From: Pelomyxa schiedti
Lineage: Eukaryota > Protista > Evosea
DNA: 64,000 nucleotides
Reading direction: 5' to 3'
NCBI GenBank assembly: GCA_020536535.1
Contig: JAHLWZ010000870.1
Span: forward strand, 1,156 to 65,155
The position numbers and the translations under genes are program-made. The notes beneath the pieces are model-generated. The model was given only the letters and a program-made list of their open reading frames with translations, was not told the origin of the DNA and ran no database searches. Shown here piece after piece: positions 1 through 10,562 of this stretch (its first letter is position 1; each line of letters opens with the position of its first letter).

Positions 1-1180
1 ATCGCCTGCACTTGTTTAATCACCACTTGAAATTGCAGAATTTGGATCTATTCCTGAAATGTTCTTTTTCCCACCTGGTTCGGAAGACGAGGATGAAGAC
101 GATGACGACGACGACGAAGAAGAGGATGAGGAGGATGTCGGACACAAGGGAGGCAAAAAAATGACTTGGGAGCAAATAGAACAAATGGCAAGGAAAATCA
201 AGACATGGAATTTGAAAAAAGCACTTGCTTTTATCAAGGAGATTGGCCAAGGTAGTATTTTCCTTCCTAGAAACTACCATTTTTATTCTGACATTGCGCA
301 ATAAAGAACGCTCCGCGACCTATCTGTCCAGATTACTACCCATCATGACACAGTCAATGAGCACTGAGGACACAGCTTTATTCATCTATGATTTGGCTGG
401 CAGGAATCCAAAATTATTCGCTAGTATGGTTGATGGCTGTGATACAAGTACAGTTCCTTTCTCATTATGGTGTTGTCTAAAGGGTCACAAAAAAGAGAAG
501 CCCAAAAATAAAAACTTCGTCTCGATATTTGGAGCAACACGTAAAGCACTCGAAAAAGTTGCCACACTGATACTCACTATCATGTAATCACGGTTACAAA
601 TTTACATTCTTGTTTACAACGACACAGTGAACTGGAGTCCTGGGAGTTTGCAGAAACTTGCAGTAATATAGAGGCTATTTTCCAGCAGTGGAGAATGACT
701 TTTGATGATCCAGCATGCCCAGTTATCATTGGAAAGCTTATTGAGGCTTGGCCTTTTGACCAGGTACGTTCCCTTTCCATACTCATTTCGTAAGAAACTC
801 TTCAGGCGCTACTGTTTCTCTATGGGCTGAGTCGCAACGAAAACCCTTCCTCATGGAGTCCTGCTCTAGACAATTTCTTCTTCAGGTTTTGTTGATGAAA
901 TCTTATCCCCCTCGATAACTGTTTTGCTTAGGCTGACCGAATCATGGAGTAGTGCGGAGAGGGCCACACTGGCCAAAGATATCAAAAAGAAGTGGCCGTG
1001 GAAAGCAGCCGTAACTGACAAGGCTTTTGAAGTACTATCTAAACCACAGACAAAGAAACCGGCCCCAGCCCCTCCAAAGAACGCTGTAAGCTCTCCTTTG
1101 GGGCTGTAAATACTTTTAACCTTTTACTTCCAGAAGCCACCCCCTCCAAAGAAACCGGCAACAAGAAAACGCAAGTCGTA
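1..1180 (+). CDS. Hypothetical protein, 5'-truncated by the window edge, multi-exon
   Basis: ORFs 59-304, 225-587 and 924-1109 can be joined by short GT-AG introns. Acidic tract EDEDEDDDDDDEEEDEED; basic tail KKPATRKRKS ending at TAG 1178-1180. No family recognised. Confidence 0.6.
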
Positions 1181-1279
1181 GTACCACAAATAGAGCTAGT
1201 TCCGCCAACCCTAAAGCAAGTCTAAAATCTAAAGGTCTATCTTACTGCAAAAGAAAATAGAAAGAAAAAAGGAAAAACA

Positions 1280-3284
1280 ATGAGCGGAAGGAGAAGGGGC
1301 CGGCAGCAGCCACAAAGATACGGCAGGAACGACGACCGTGCAACCAGAGGATCTCGACAGTCGAGATCCAGGAGCACTAGTACCGACGGCGACGCCTTCG
1401 GGGGCTGGTCGTTTAACGCCACCAGTAGTGGTACAACTGCAACGTCGTCGACTGCGCCTTCGTCGTCGTACGGCGATCTGCCGCCGGCGGAGGCGTTTGG
1501 CTTTGGGACAGAGTGGAACAGCGATTGCGCGAGCGCGACGGGGAGAGACGGCTCTGGCGATGCGTGGAGCACGTGCGGGGGGATCACGGCGTGGAACACT
1601 TCGTGGGACGTGGAGGAGGACGGCGCCGATGCACTGGGAGGAGGTGTGGTGAAGAAAGAGCGCGTAGACGACGACGGCGGCGCGTTTGGCGGCACCCGCG
1701 GGTTCGCGGCGGCGCCGCCTCGGCTTGTGGACTCTGGGATTAAGATTGAAAAGACTGGACAGTCTCCTACGCCTGTGGTTGTAGGGGCTACGCCGATAAA
1801 AGAATGTGGGGGGGACTGCGTGGGGAATACGGCTGAAGGGATGCCGAAGAAGGGAGTGGTATCTGGTGTAGTGGAGGGAAGCAGCTGTGCGCGCTCTAGT
1901 CTTGGTATTGGAATGACATCAACGGCGGCCTTTGCTCCTTTTGCATATGAAAGATATTCTGAGACTCATGACGAATTGGCAATCAGAAACGATATGTTGC
2001 ACAATGCTTTTTCCGCGGTCTCTGGTGTGCCCTTTTTCTTTTTCTTCGTCCTTCCTCATAGCTAACGCACAACCCTCAATTTTTCTTCTTACTCAAGAAT
2101 CTATGGCTCAATAGAGTTGGAGCATATTCCCTTCTTTGGGGTTAGCTGCCACATTGCATACCGGACACAGGGTAAATTCGAAGTTAAATATTATTATTAT
2201 GTTGTCCCATACAGTCATTACTTTATTTCCTCTTAACCGATCCGTACATAGCTGGGTACATTCCAATCGAAATTGGGATATGTGCATTCACTATAAGTAA
2301 AGAGTTAGAGGAAGAGCCCCACCACACCTTTTTTTCCTACATTCCCATCAAGTCTTCACACTTGTCAGAAAGGTAATTTCATTTAATTGTGTGAATCTAA
2401 GGAACTCTCACATTAGGCAAAACGCAAGTTTGGAGGGGAGATCACGCAGAGTTCATGGGATTCCCATTAAAGAACCGTTACCTTCCCCTCCTTTTTTCTT
2501 TTGTTACTCAACCTGATTTAGTGCTGCAGACAACTATAAACAAATTTGGAATAGGTTAACTGACTTTCTTCAGGAGTTTACCTGCAAAGATGGCCTCAGA
2601 CCCGTTTTTGTGGCTGTATGATGCAAAAAATTTGTCATTGATTAATGTGATTTCCCAGGCAACACTTTTCCCTGATGTATACCCTGAGCAATCTGCCCCA
2701 GTATGCGAGTCCTGTATTTCGTGGCTTGCAAGGCAAGCAGGAGAAGATTCAAATACTTTTCAAGGTTACTTGTTTAAAACAATTTTATTTCACTAACATC
2801 TGTCAAAGGTTCCTTTTTCTCCATCGATGAAGTAATATACACAATATTACATGTACGAAAAGTCTCGATGACAGGAGAGCAGGTTCGAGTTTCTGTCAAC
2901 TCATCTGTTAGACAAACAGTACAATAGATCGAGTGGGAGACTGAAAACCACATTAGCGTAAGTAAGAAGACCGATTTGGTGGGTGCATGTGACCTGCATC
3001 TTCGATGCAAGAAGCCATGTGCACTGTCACGAGCCAACAATGTTGCGCAAATTGTGTATTCCCTCTTGGCACAGTACCCAGCACCTCCCACATTGGATAT
3101 AGACAACTTGGCTTCAGCAGTCATCCAGCAGTATAACCCAGAGCTGGCTATAAACAGTATCAACAAAGAACGAGAAACAACAACAGACCAACCCAGACAC
3201 AATACCAGAGACAGGAGTAGAGATAAGGGAAGAGACAGATCAAGAGATAGTGACAAAGAAAGAGGGGGACCCCACACAGGTTAG
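1280..3284 (+). CDS. Maelstrom-domain protein (piRNA-pathway MAEL-like, DEDDh fold)
   Basis: Spliced translation: LEHIPFFGVSCHIAYRTQAGYIPIEIGICAFTISKEL...HHTFFSY...SRRVHGIP...NYKQIWNRLTDFL...ESCISWLARQAG...GACDLHLRCKKPCALSRANNVAQIVYS. This matches MAEL hallmarks PxEI, HxIP and C-x2-H...CAL (ECHC zinc site). Termini are low-complexity and R/S/D-rich. Confidence 0.75.
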
Positions 3285-3371
3285 ATGAGTTTTGTTGTAC
3301 AGAAAAACATGTGAATCTTTTCCTTTGTAAAAAAAAAACGAAGAAAATAAGCACAAAGCAGTTTCTCTTTA

Positions 3372-4365
3372 ATGAGTACGACGATCAAGGCACTGGTGTT
3401 TGATGTTGGGGGAGTCCTTGCCCCCGACCTGAATACCACTGTTGGTGGCATGATTAATCGCTTCCCTGTAATCACTGAACCTGAGGTGTTTGTCTGTCAT
3501 TCACATACAACGAACTTTTTTGTTTGTTGTACCACCTGTGCCATAATCTAGCATAATAAGGCAATATTGTGAAACCAACACACACGTATAGCTTCTGTTA
3601 TGGCTGCGTGAGGCATGGATTTTGTTTGATAGGAGTGGGAGTGATGAATTGGCACAGGAGCAGGAACTAGCCTTCTGGGCTACCTTTACGAAAAAGTTTG
3701 CATCCCGTTTACCTGGAACTGCTCCAGGTTCGGATTTACTTCGTGCCTGACACACTTATTAAACCATTCTGTATCTACAGGAGACATGGTTGGTGCTCTG
3801 GAGCCATATGTGGTATTTATTGATGGAATGGAGCAACTTTTAGACCTAATTCAGACCCGCAGGCCTGACCTCTTGTTGGGGGTATGGTCCTTTATATCTC
3901 ATTCTCCGGATTTTGTTGCCTTCTTTTTTCTCGCGTCATCGTTTAAAATTAATCTTTACATACTTTCACCACTTTCTACCATACGGTGTTGATGAAATAT
4001 AAAAAGATTTGTTCTAACAATGCATCATTTACCTGGCTTAGAACGAAAAATAAACTTCATCTCACCAAGTGGTTCCCACAATCCCACTGCGTTCTTTCCC
4101 AAGAAGTATGCCAAGTACCTTTTTTTCTCCTACTGATTTTCACACTGCACAGGTAGGGGTAAAGAAGCCATCACCTGACATTTACCAGATTGCCCGTACA
4201 TGTTTCCCTGGCATTTCCGGACCAGAAATATTGTTCATAGATGACAAGAAGCTCAATTTAGATGCTGCTGCAAACACTGCCAATTTTCAAGTGTTCCAGT
4301 TTCCTACATTCCAGAATGGAGCCCAGGCTCTGCAATCACATCTTGAGGCACTTCATGTTCTCTAG
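3372..4365 (+). CDS. HAD-superfamily hydrolase (YihX / HAD-IA-like)
   Basis: Motif I ALVFDVGGVL at the N-terminus, motif III GVKKPSPDIY, motif IV LFIDDKKLNL; about 4 introns. Confidence 0.85.
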
Positions 4366-4461
4366 AGAACAACAACCACTCTAACTCGTACTAAAAAGAA
4401 ACAATTAACTATACAAATGGTTTTTTCGTTACTATGTTTACAGTTGGGGTTATGGAGTTTT

Positions 4462-5950
4462 TCAAAAGTGAGGGTCTGTGAGAGTGGGAGAAGGAAGTAT
4501 GGAACCAGCAAAGAGGCAACCAACACTCTCGGGGGGGATTTCTATGGAGGAGGTGGGGCCAAGATAGAGTGAGCAGAGAGCTTCAAAGTTGCATTGTGCT
4601 TGGAAACAGTCATCTTGGTTGGTGTCCTGTGGTGTTTGTGGCACTGATAAATGAAGCGGAATTGGAAGTGGTGAAGGGAGTGACGGCGTTGAAGAAAGGC
4701 GCGGTGATTGGCGTGGTGATGGTAGTGGAGTAAGCAGCGGAATTTGGGGTGTATTTGGACCGGAAATAATGGTGCTCTGGGTTTGCGCCATTTGATAGAC
4801 TTGGAGTGGTGGAGCACATGGCCGAGGAGATGGCGGCACCGCGTATGAGACAGAGGATGAGGTGGCAAGAGGAGGTATTGGTTGTTGTTGTGTCTTGGTT
4901 GACTTGGCTTTTTTGGCGTTGGGTGCATTTTCAGGCGGATCGAATTTTACGGAAGTTCTCCCAAACAGTGTGCTCTCTAGTACCCATACTTGCCCTGGAG
5001 CTCCCTGATTGAAAATCTCCTCAGGGAGTTGAATGACCTAATTTTGGTGAGATTTAAAGCTGTTCTAGGAAGACTAGAATCTCTTGTACCTTGAGATGGT
5101 CCAAACTACAAGTCTGTTTCCTTCTCGAGTGCCTTGAAACTGTTGTATTGTGTTTAATTTCCCCAAGCGGTAGCTCTCGTATTCCTCGCATCTCTAAACA
5201 GTTCCATAGTTCTTCCGGGGTTTTGGGAGGGGCAGTTCCGCACATCTGGTTGGATCTCTCAGTGATATACCTGGCCTCACCCTCAAGAGCGGGACCAGCT
5301 GAAGAACAGCTGGCTGCTGCTTGGGATTGCATCATTGAAGTTACTTTCGCCACAGTTTCCTCCATTTTCCTTGAAAATACGATATAGTCATCACATGCTC
5401 GGAGCAAAACTCCCAACGCCGGGCAGCAACCATAAGTTTCTTGGTGTCTCACCAAGTTAGCAGCAAGTCCGTCATGAGTCCTCTTGTGGCACTCGAGATC
5501 ACTCGCCAAAGACTGGACCAGCATCTGCAATGAGCTGGCCTGCGTTTCGTAATTGTTTGTAGCATAACACAAGTTTGAAGGAGAGAGCGCAGTTGCATTG
5601 GTTGATACTGAAGGAGAGAATGAGGCCATCAAAGCGGCACAACTTACAACCGAGTCATCTGTGTGATAGACTCTCCTCGTCACTGGTATTCCCACAATTG
5701 AGTTATTTACATTGTTGCTGGTGGTTGTGGTTGTGGTTGTGCTGCTTCCGTTGGTACAACTAAGAGGGGACGGCTCGTAAATAGCGGCGAAAAGTGAACC
5801 GTCGGCCGCAACGTTGTAAATTACGGGACGGCGGTATTTCTTGACCGCAGGCGATCTTGAAACGAGACACGTATCCGAGATCTTGTTGTTAGTCTGAACC
5901 CCGCACGTAGGACCGCTGTCGCCACGTCGCTGTTGCTTCCCGCGCGGCAT
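4462..5950 (-). CDS. Hypothetical protein with helical middle region and P/S/Q-rich C-terminus; exon junction uncertain
   Basis: 298-aa ORF 5054-5950 and ORF 4462-4839 are in the same frame, separated by two stops that are probably intronic. No family recognised. Confidence 0.45.
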
Positions 5951-6242
5951 CTCGCCTCTGATTTTCCTATTTCCTTGTATGTTTTTTGTTTGCTGTTGTC
6001 AAGCAAGTTGGTTTCCGAACCAGAATGTCGTTATTTGAAAGTTCCAACGCAAGTTGCGTTTGCCAAAGGTTTTTTTTTCCCTTGGCGGTGCAGGGTGTAT
6101 CGTGTTGACGCTTAAGAAGACTCAAACCGATTCAAACGGAAAATCAATTTTGGGATTAGCAAGTGGTGATTTGTCTTACGCATGGGAGGGGCATGGAATC
6201 GTGGAGTAGGCAAGTCATTTGAGAAAAATCGTGCACTGAAGA

Positions 6243-6981
6243 ATGGCATTCAAGGTTAGAAACCTATGAAGTGACTGCAGTTGATACCCATAATGCTTGC
6301 AGAAAGTTCATGCAATTGCGGCTGCGTTGGGCGTATTGGCCGTGTTGTGTGGGATTGTTGCCCTCTGTTCTCATCATTGGATGATTCACAAAGATGAAGG
6401 AAAGTGCGTACTGATGCTTCACTCTTCAGCGGTCAATTAATTTCTAACATTCTCTGCTTTCTTTAAGAGTGTCATACCTTGGTCTTCTTCGAGTCAAAGA
6501 GTGTACAAGTGAGGGGTGCAAGAAAATAGGCATATCCAAGAGCGAATATTCTTCCTTCAGTCACGCTGGAAAGGTAATACGAACTAAACCACTAATAGTA
6601 TCATATAATTCACGTCTGCGTACTTTGTGAAACAAAAATACTGAAAACAATCCCATAACTCAGATTGCATTCCCGCTACTTCTCATTGGAATTCTCATCA
6701 CGCTGTTGGCAGCAGGCTACTACGCGCTCAACGCTTTTGGATCTCGGATGACCAGCCCCGGCGCCCACATGTGCCTCAGTGCTCACGGAATAATAGGGGC
6801 CGGCATCATGCTCCTCGCGTGGGTATTATGGGTGGCGGTGGCACCCCACGGAGGAGGCTGGAAGCTAGGGTTCTCGTTCGTCCTGGCCATCGTCGCCTCT
6901 CTGATTGCTGCGGCCTCGTACGGTGTTTCAATGCTCAAGGCAAAGCAAACCCCTGCGGCCCTCCTGGGCTCCCAGACTTAA
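6243..6981 (+). CDS. Four-TM claudin/PMP22-like membrane protein
   Basis: Spliced: MAFK-KVHAIAAALGVLAVLCGIVALCSHHW...SYLGLLRVKECTSEGC...IAFPLLLIGILITLLAAG...GIIGAGIMLLAWVLW...WKLGFSFVLAIVASLIAAASY. Four hydrophobic helices, a W..GL..C..C first loop and a GxSF motif before TM4. Confidence 0.65.
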
Positions 6982-7063
6982 CCCCGAAACACCACAGCGC
7001 CCCTTGAATTTATTGAAAAGTAACTTTCTGTCATTCTTGGAAAGGTTATTAGTATCAACGAAC

Positions 7064-8457
7064 ATGGGGGACGAGGTGCCCAAGCAACCTAATGAGCCTA
7101 AAAGAGCCCGTCGCGTTTCAAGTTGTGTTGCGGGTGTTGGGCTCACTTCTCTTCCTGCCATGGGTGTGTATTTACATTATGGGAGGTGGGACTTAACCCG
7201 GGTGTGGTTGTGACAATACTCAATTAGAAAGAGTGGCTTTGTTTCTGAATCCAGTTGATCTAGTGAATATGGTTAGAACATGTAGCATCTGGAGGAGGGC
7301 TATGCTGAGACCAGACGTACTACCTTGATATATCCTTCTTCCCCTCTGAACGATTTTTACTCTTCAGTTGAATTGTGTCAAGGATTTGATGGCCCCATCC
7401 ATTGATTTAGTCAATGTTGGTGTACTGGCAAAGGCTGAAAGGTTGTGGCAGTTCAACGCGGGGCAAGGATGGTACCTTTTTTGGTATTACTTTATGCTCA
7501 TATGTTGCAGGTTTGTGTTTATGTTGTACTACGTATATAGACTACCTAAAATCAAGGACACTCATTTAGCAGAACCAACATCGTTTGACGCTTTAGTGAT
7601 CACTCTTTTGACTGAACTCGAGGTGACTACTTTCTCTAAATAAATAAAATAAAAAACTTTTTTAAAAAGGATGGTTCTTTCGAATATACTGACATTTTAA
7701 AATCCATTGCAAATGTGATGGCACACAGGTTTCTGCTACATTCTAAATATTTTATGCTCAACAAGGTAGGCTTTACATGAATCAGGAGTTGAGGCTGCTG
7801 GAAATTCCTCCTGCCGATCTCCCCATTGTAAGGGATATTATACAGTCTGTGAAAGTGTACTCTGTGGAGCACAATATTGCCTGTAAGTGAAGCCCATTTC
7901 TTTTTTTTTTTACCATTCTAATATTTCAAGTTATTGATGACCATGGTGGATCCACAATGACTGCCATTCTATCACTGGAACGCAACTCGAAGAGGGTTTT
8001 ATTCCGACAAGTATTTGAATGTGCCATGCCACCAACCACTTACCAAAGCAGTTTTATTACAACAACAATGAAAACCAGGAGAGATACTGCTATTTTGAGA
8101 TAATAGAGCCTGTTGATTACGGACGCAAGTACCGGTTGAAATTCGCCAAAATCGCAGCCGCGCTCTTTTCTACTTTGTTTGATGGTCAATGCCCGGCATC
8201 TGAGAATACCCAGGTACTCTCAAGCACAATAAAAATAACACGGTTTCCTCACACTTCACCAGAACAAAATACTCCGTGCAATCATATGGCCTTGGGGCAG
8301 ATATAATGAAGGATATTCCGATCACTACACAATCATAGACGCAGGAGGGGACGCAGGAGCAAAGGTAATACCCAAGGGTGGCGATGGTGATGGTGATGAT
8401 GAAGATGAGGACAGTGATCACGAGGATGATGACATCAAGTTCCATCTGGACCGCTGA
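7064..8457 (+). CDS. F-box-like protein with unknown C-terminal domain and acidic tail
   Basis: Spliced N-terminus LTSLPAM-ERVALFLNPVDLVNMVRTCSIWRRAM fits the F-box pattern (LP...L...DL.....C..WR). Ends GDGDDEDEDSDHEDDDIKFHLDR at TGA 8455-8457. Confidence 0.5.
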
Positions 8458-8812
8458 AAAAAGATCCACAAAACAAAAACTCCCCACTTGCAACCACCAC
8501 ATCCCCAAAATTTCTACCCCAGGATCTAGTGAAAAAATCCGTCACCTATGAAGCCCCGCGAAAAGGAAGGAGGAACTTTTTCAACGAATTGTACTTCCTG
8601 ATCATCATTTAACCCTTCCTAACTTCTTTTGTCGCTTCGTGCTCTCACCGTCACAAGCCTCGTTGTTGGGGTGGAATTTCTTAAGAGCTCGCAGTTGTGT
8701 GCGGTTGGGTGCTCATTAGGGGACAGAAACAAAAAAACCGCGCTTGTAGAACGGGGGGAAAAATATACAAACAAGAAAAAGAGGACTAAAGCAAGGACCC
8801 CAAAATAAAAGA

Positions 8813-10087
8813 ATGTGTATTTGTGATCCGGCGTATAAGGATGGCTATGCTGCTGTTGATTGGATTATGACTGCGTTCCATGACTGCGTCTACACCCCAA
8901 TGGACGAGGCGGCTTTCTTTTTTGGTCTGGCCAACATTGGATTCTGGTTGTTTGCTCAAGTACTTTCCGACTTCACTCTAAATGTGTTTACTTCTGAATA
9001 AAATTTGCCCATTACTCGTTTTTGTTGTCTGATATGGATAGGTTCTTCCCGCTTCTAAAAATTGTTTACTTGTAGATACCACAAATCATAAGAACTTTCA
9101 TGGTGAGCAGTGCTGAGGCTATCTCTTTCATTTTCATTTTCACTTGGTTGACTGGAGATATCACAAACCTTCTTGGATGTGTCCTGACTCAACAATTACC
9201 AACGCAGACCTACACTGCAGTTTACTTCTGCATTGTGGATAGCATCATGATGTCACAATGGACCTTCTATAACATCCGTGACTGGAGAAGAAAGAAAAAA
9301 GCTGCTGCAGCTGGAAACGATGGCAAAGGAGGCGACCCCCCAAAACCTGAACCAACACAAAAAACCCCACTCCTCCTGATCCTACTATTTGGCATGGTTG
9401 GTCTGAGAATTGTCTCCTCAATCGCACTCTCTCCGCATTCTCTAGCAACAGCAACAGCAACAACCACATCATTCATTTCCCACACACAACCAGTAGTGCA
9501 TCAAACCAGAACAATTCTCGGACTGGAATTTGGTGCAGCTGCCAGTGGCGTAAGTTCAACTTTGCAATCCGCATTATCAAGCATTTTCAGCAATAGCAGC
9601 AGCACTGCAGAAGACATCTGCAATGAGGACGTCACTCTCGGTCTCACACGCCGCATCCTTGGGGACATTTGCGCCTGGACTTCTGGATGCTTGTACTTCT
9701 TTGGGCGTATTCCTCAGATTTACCATAACTGGAGGCGGAAGAGCGTGGAGGGGCTGTCCCCGTTTATGTTCGCTACTGCGGCTTCGGCAAATATGTGTTA
9801 TGGATTGTCAATCGTACTCATGAAGATGGATTGGACCTCTGCCGAGTTTTGGGAGAATGTTTTCCCGTATGTAACAAAACAAATACTAGATAGCAATGAA
9901 GATATAAAAAATAAATAGTGGAACAAAATGTGGCGAGAATTACTTTCTAACCAAAACAACTAGATACATCCTTGGGAGCTGGTTCACAATGATTTGGCAA
10001 TTGGTGGTTCTCTGCCAGTATATCTACTACAGTGTATGGCTGAAACGCCGCAAATACAAACAACTCCAAGTAAATCCAGATTGCTAA
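8813..10087 (+). CDS. PQ-loop lysosomal/vacuolar cationic amino-acid transporter (PQLC2/Ypq family)
   Basis: Two PQ repeats: FWLFAQ-IPQIIRTF..SAEAIS..FIFTWLTGDITNLLGC..QQLPTQ and YFFGRIPQIYHNWRRKSVEGLSPFMF. Last exon YILGS..QYIYY. Confidence 0.9.
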
Positions 10088-10562
10088 GAACCCCCACAAG
10101 GAATAAACTATTTTTATGTTGCCATCAACACAATACGAAAGTACTTCGTTTGTTTTCACACCCCAAGCCAGGCTCTAAATTTACCTTTTTCTCCTTGTCG
10201 CGTCTACTAATGAGAAGGAAAATCCCGTAAAGTACTGTAATCGCGTGTCACTTGTGCACATTTTTTGGCAGGCCGACGTTTCTGTGGAACAAAGATGCAG
10301 TCTTAGAAGCTTCTCAAAAATATTTTTTTCCTTTATAACTTTTGAACGGTAGGCAGTCAAAATATTTAAAAAATAAAACAAAGAAAAAAATCCCGATAAA
10401 GAAAAAAAGTAGGCAGACACCGAGGTAGGCGGTCGTGTTTTTTTCTCACACTTGCGTTGGCAAAAAAAGCGCGTTTATGTTTTGTTGTGATATCGTTCCA
10501 TGTGTATCTTATTTGTTTTCCTAATGCCCCTTGAACAGGTTTTGACTTGATAGACAACGTAA

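Noticed and set aside
7329-7340. ATATCCTT as a U12 AT-AC donor
   Set aside because: It lies inside an ordinary GT-AG intron (GAC|gtactac...ttcag) that already restores the frame.
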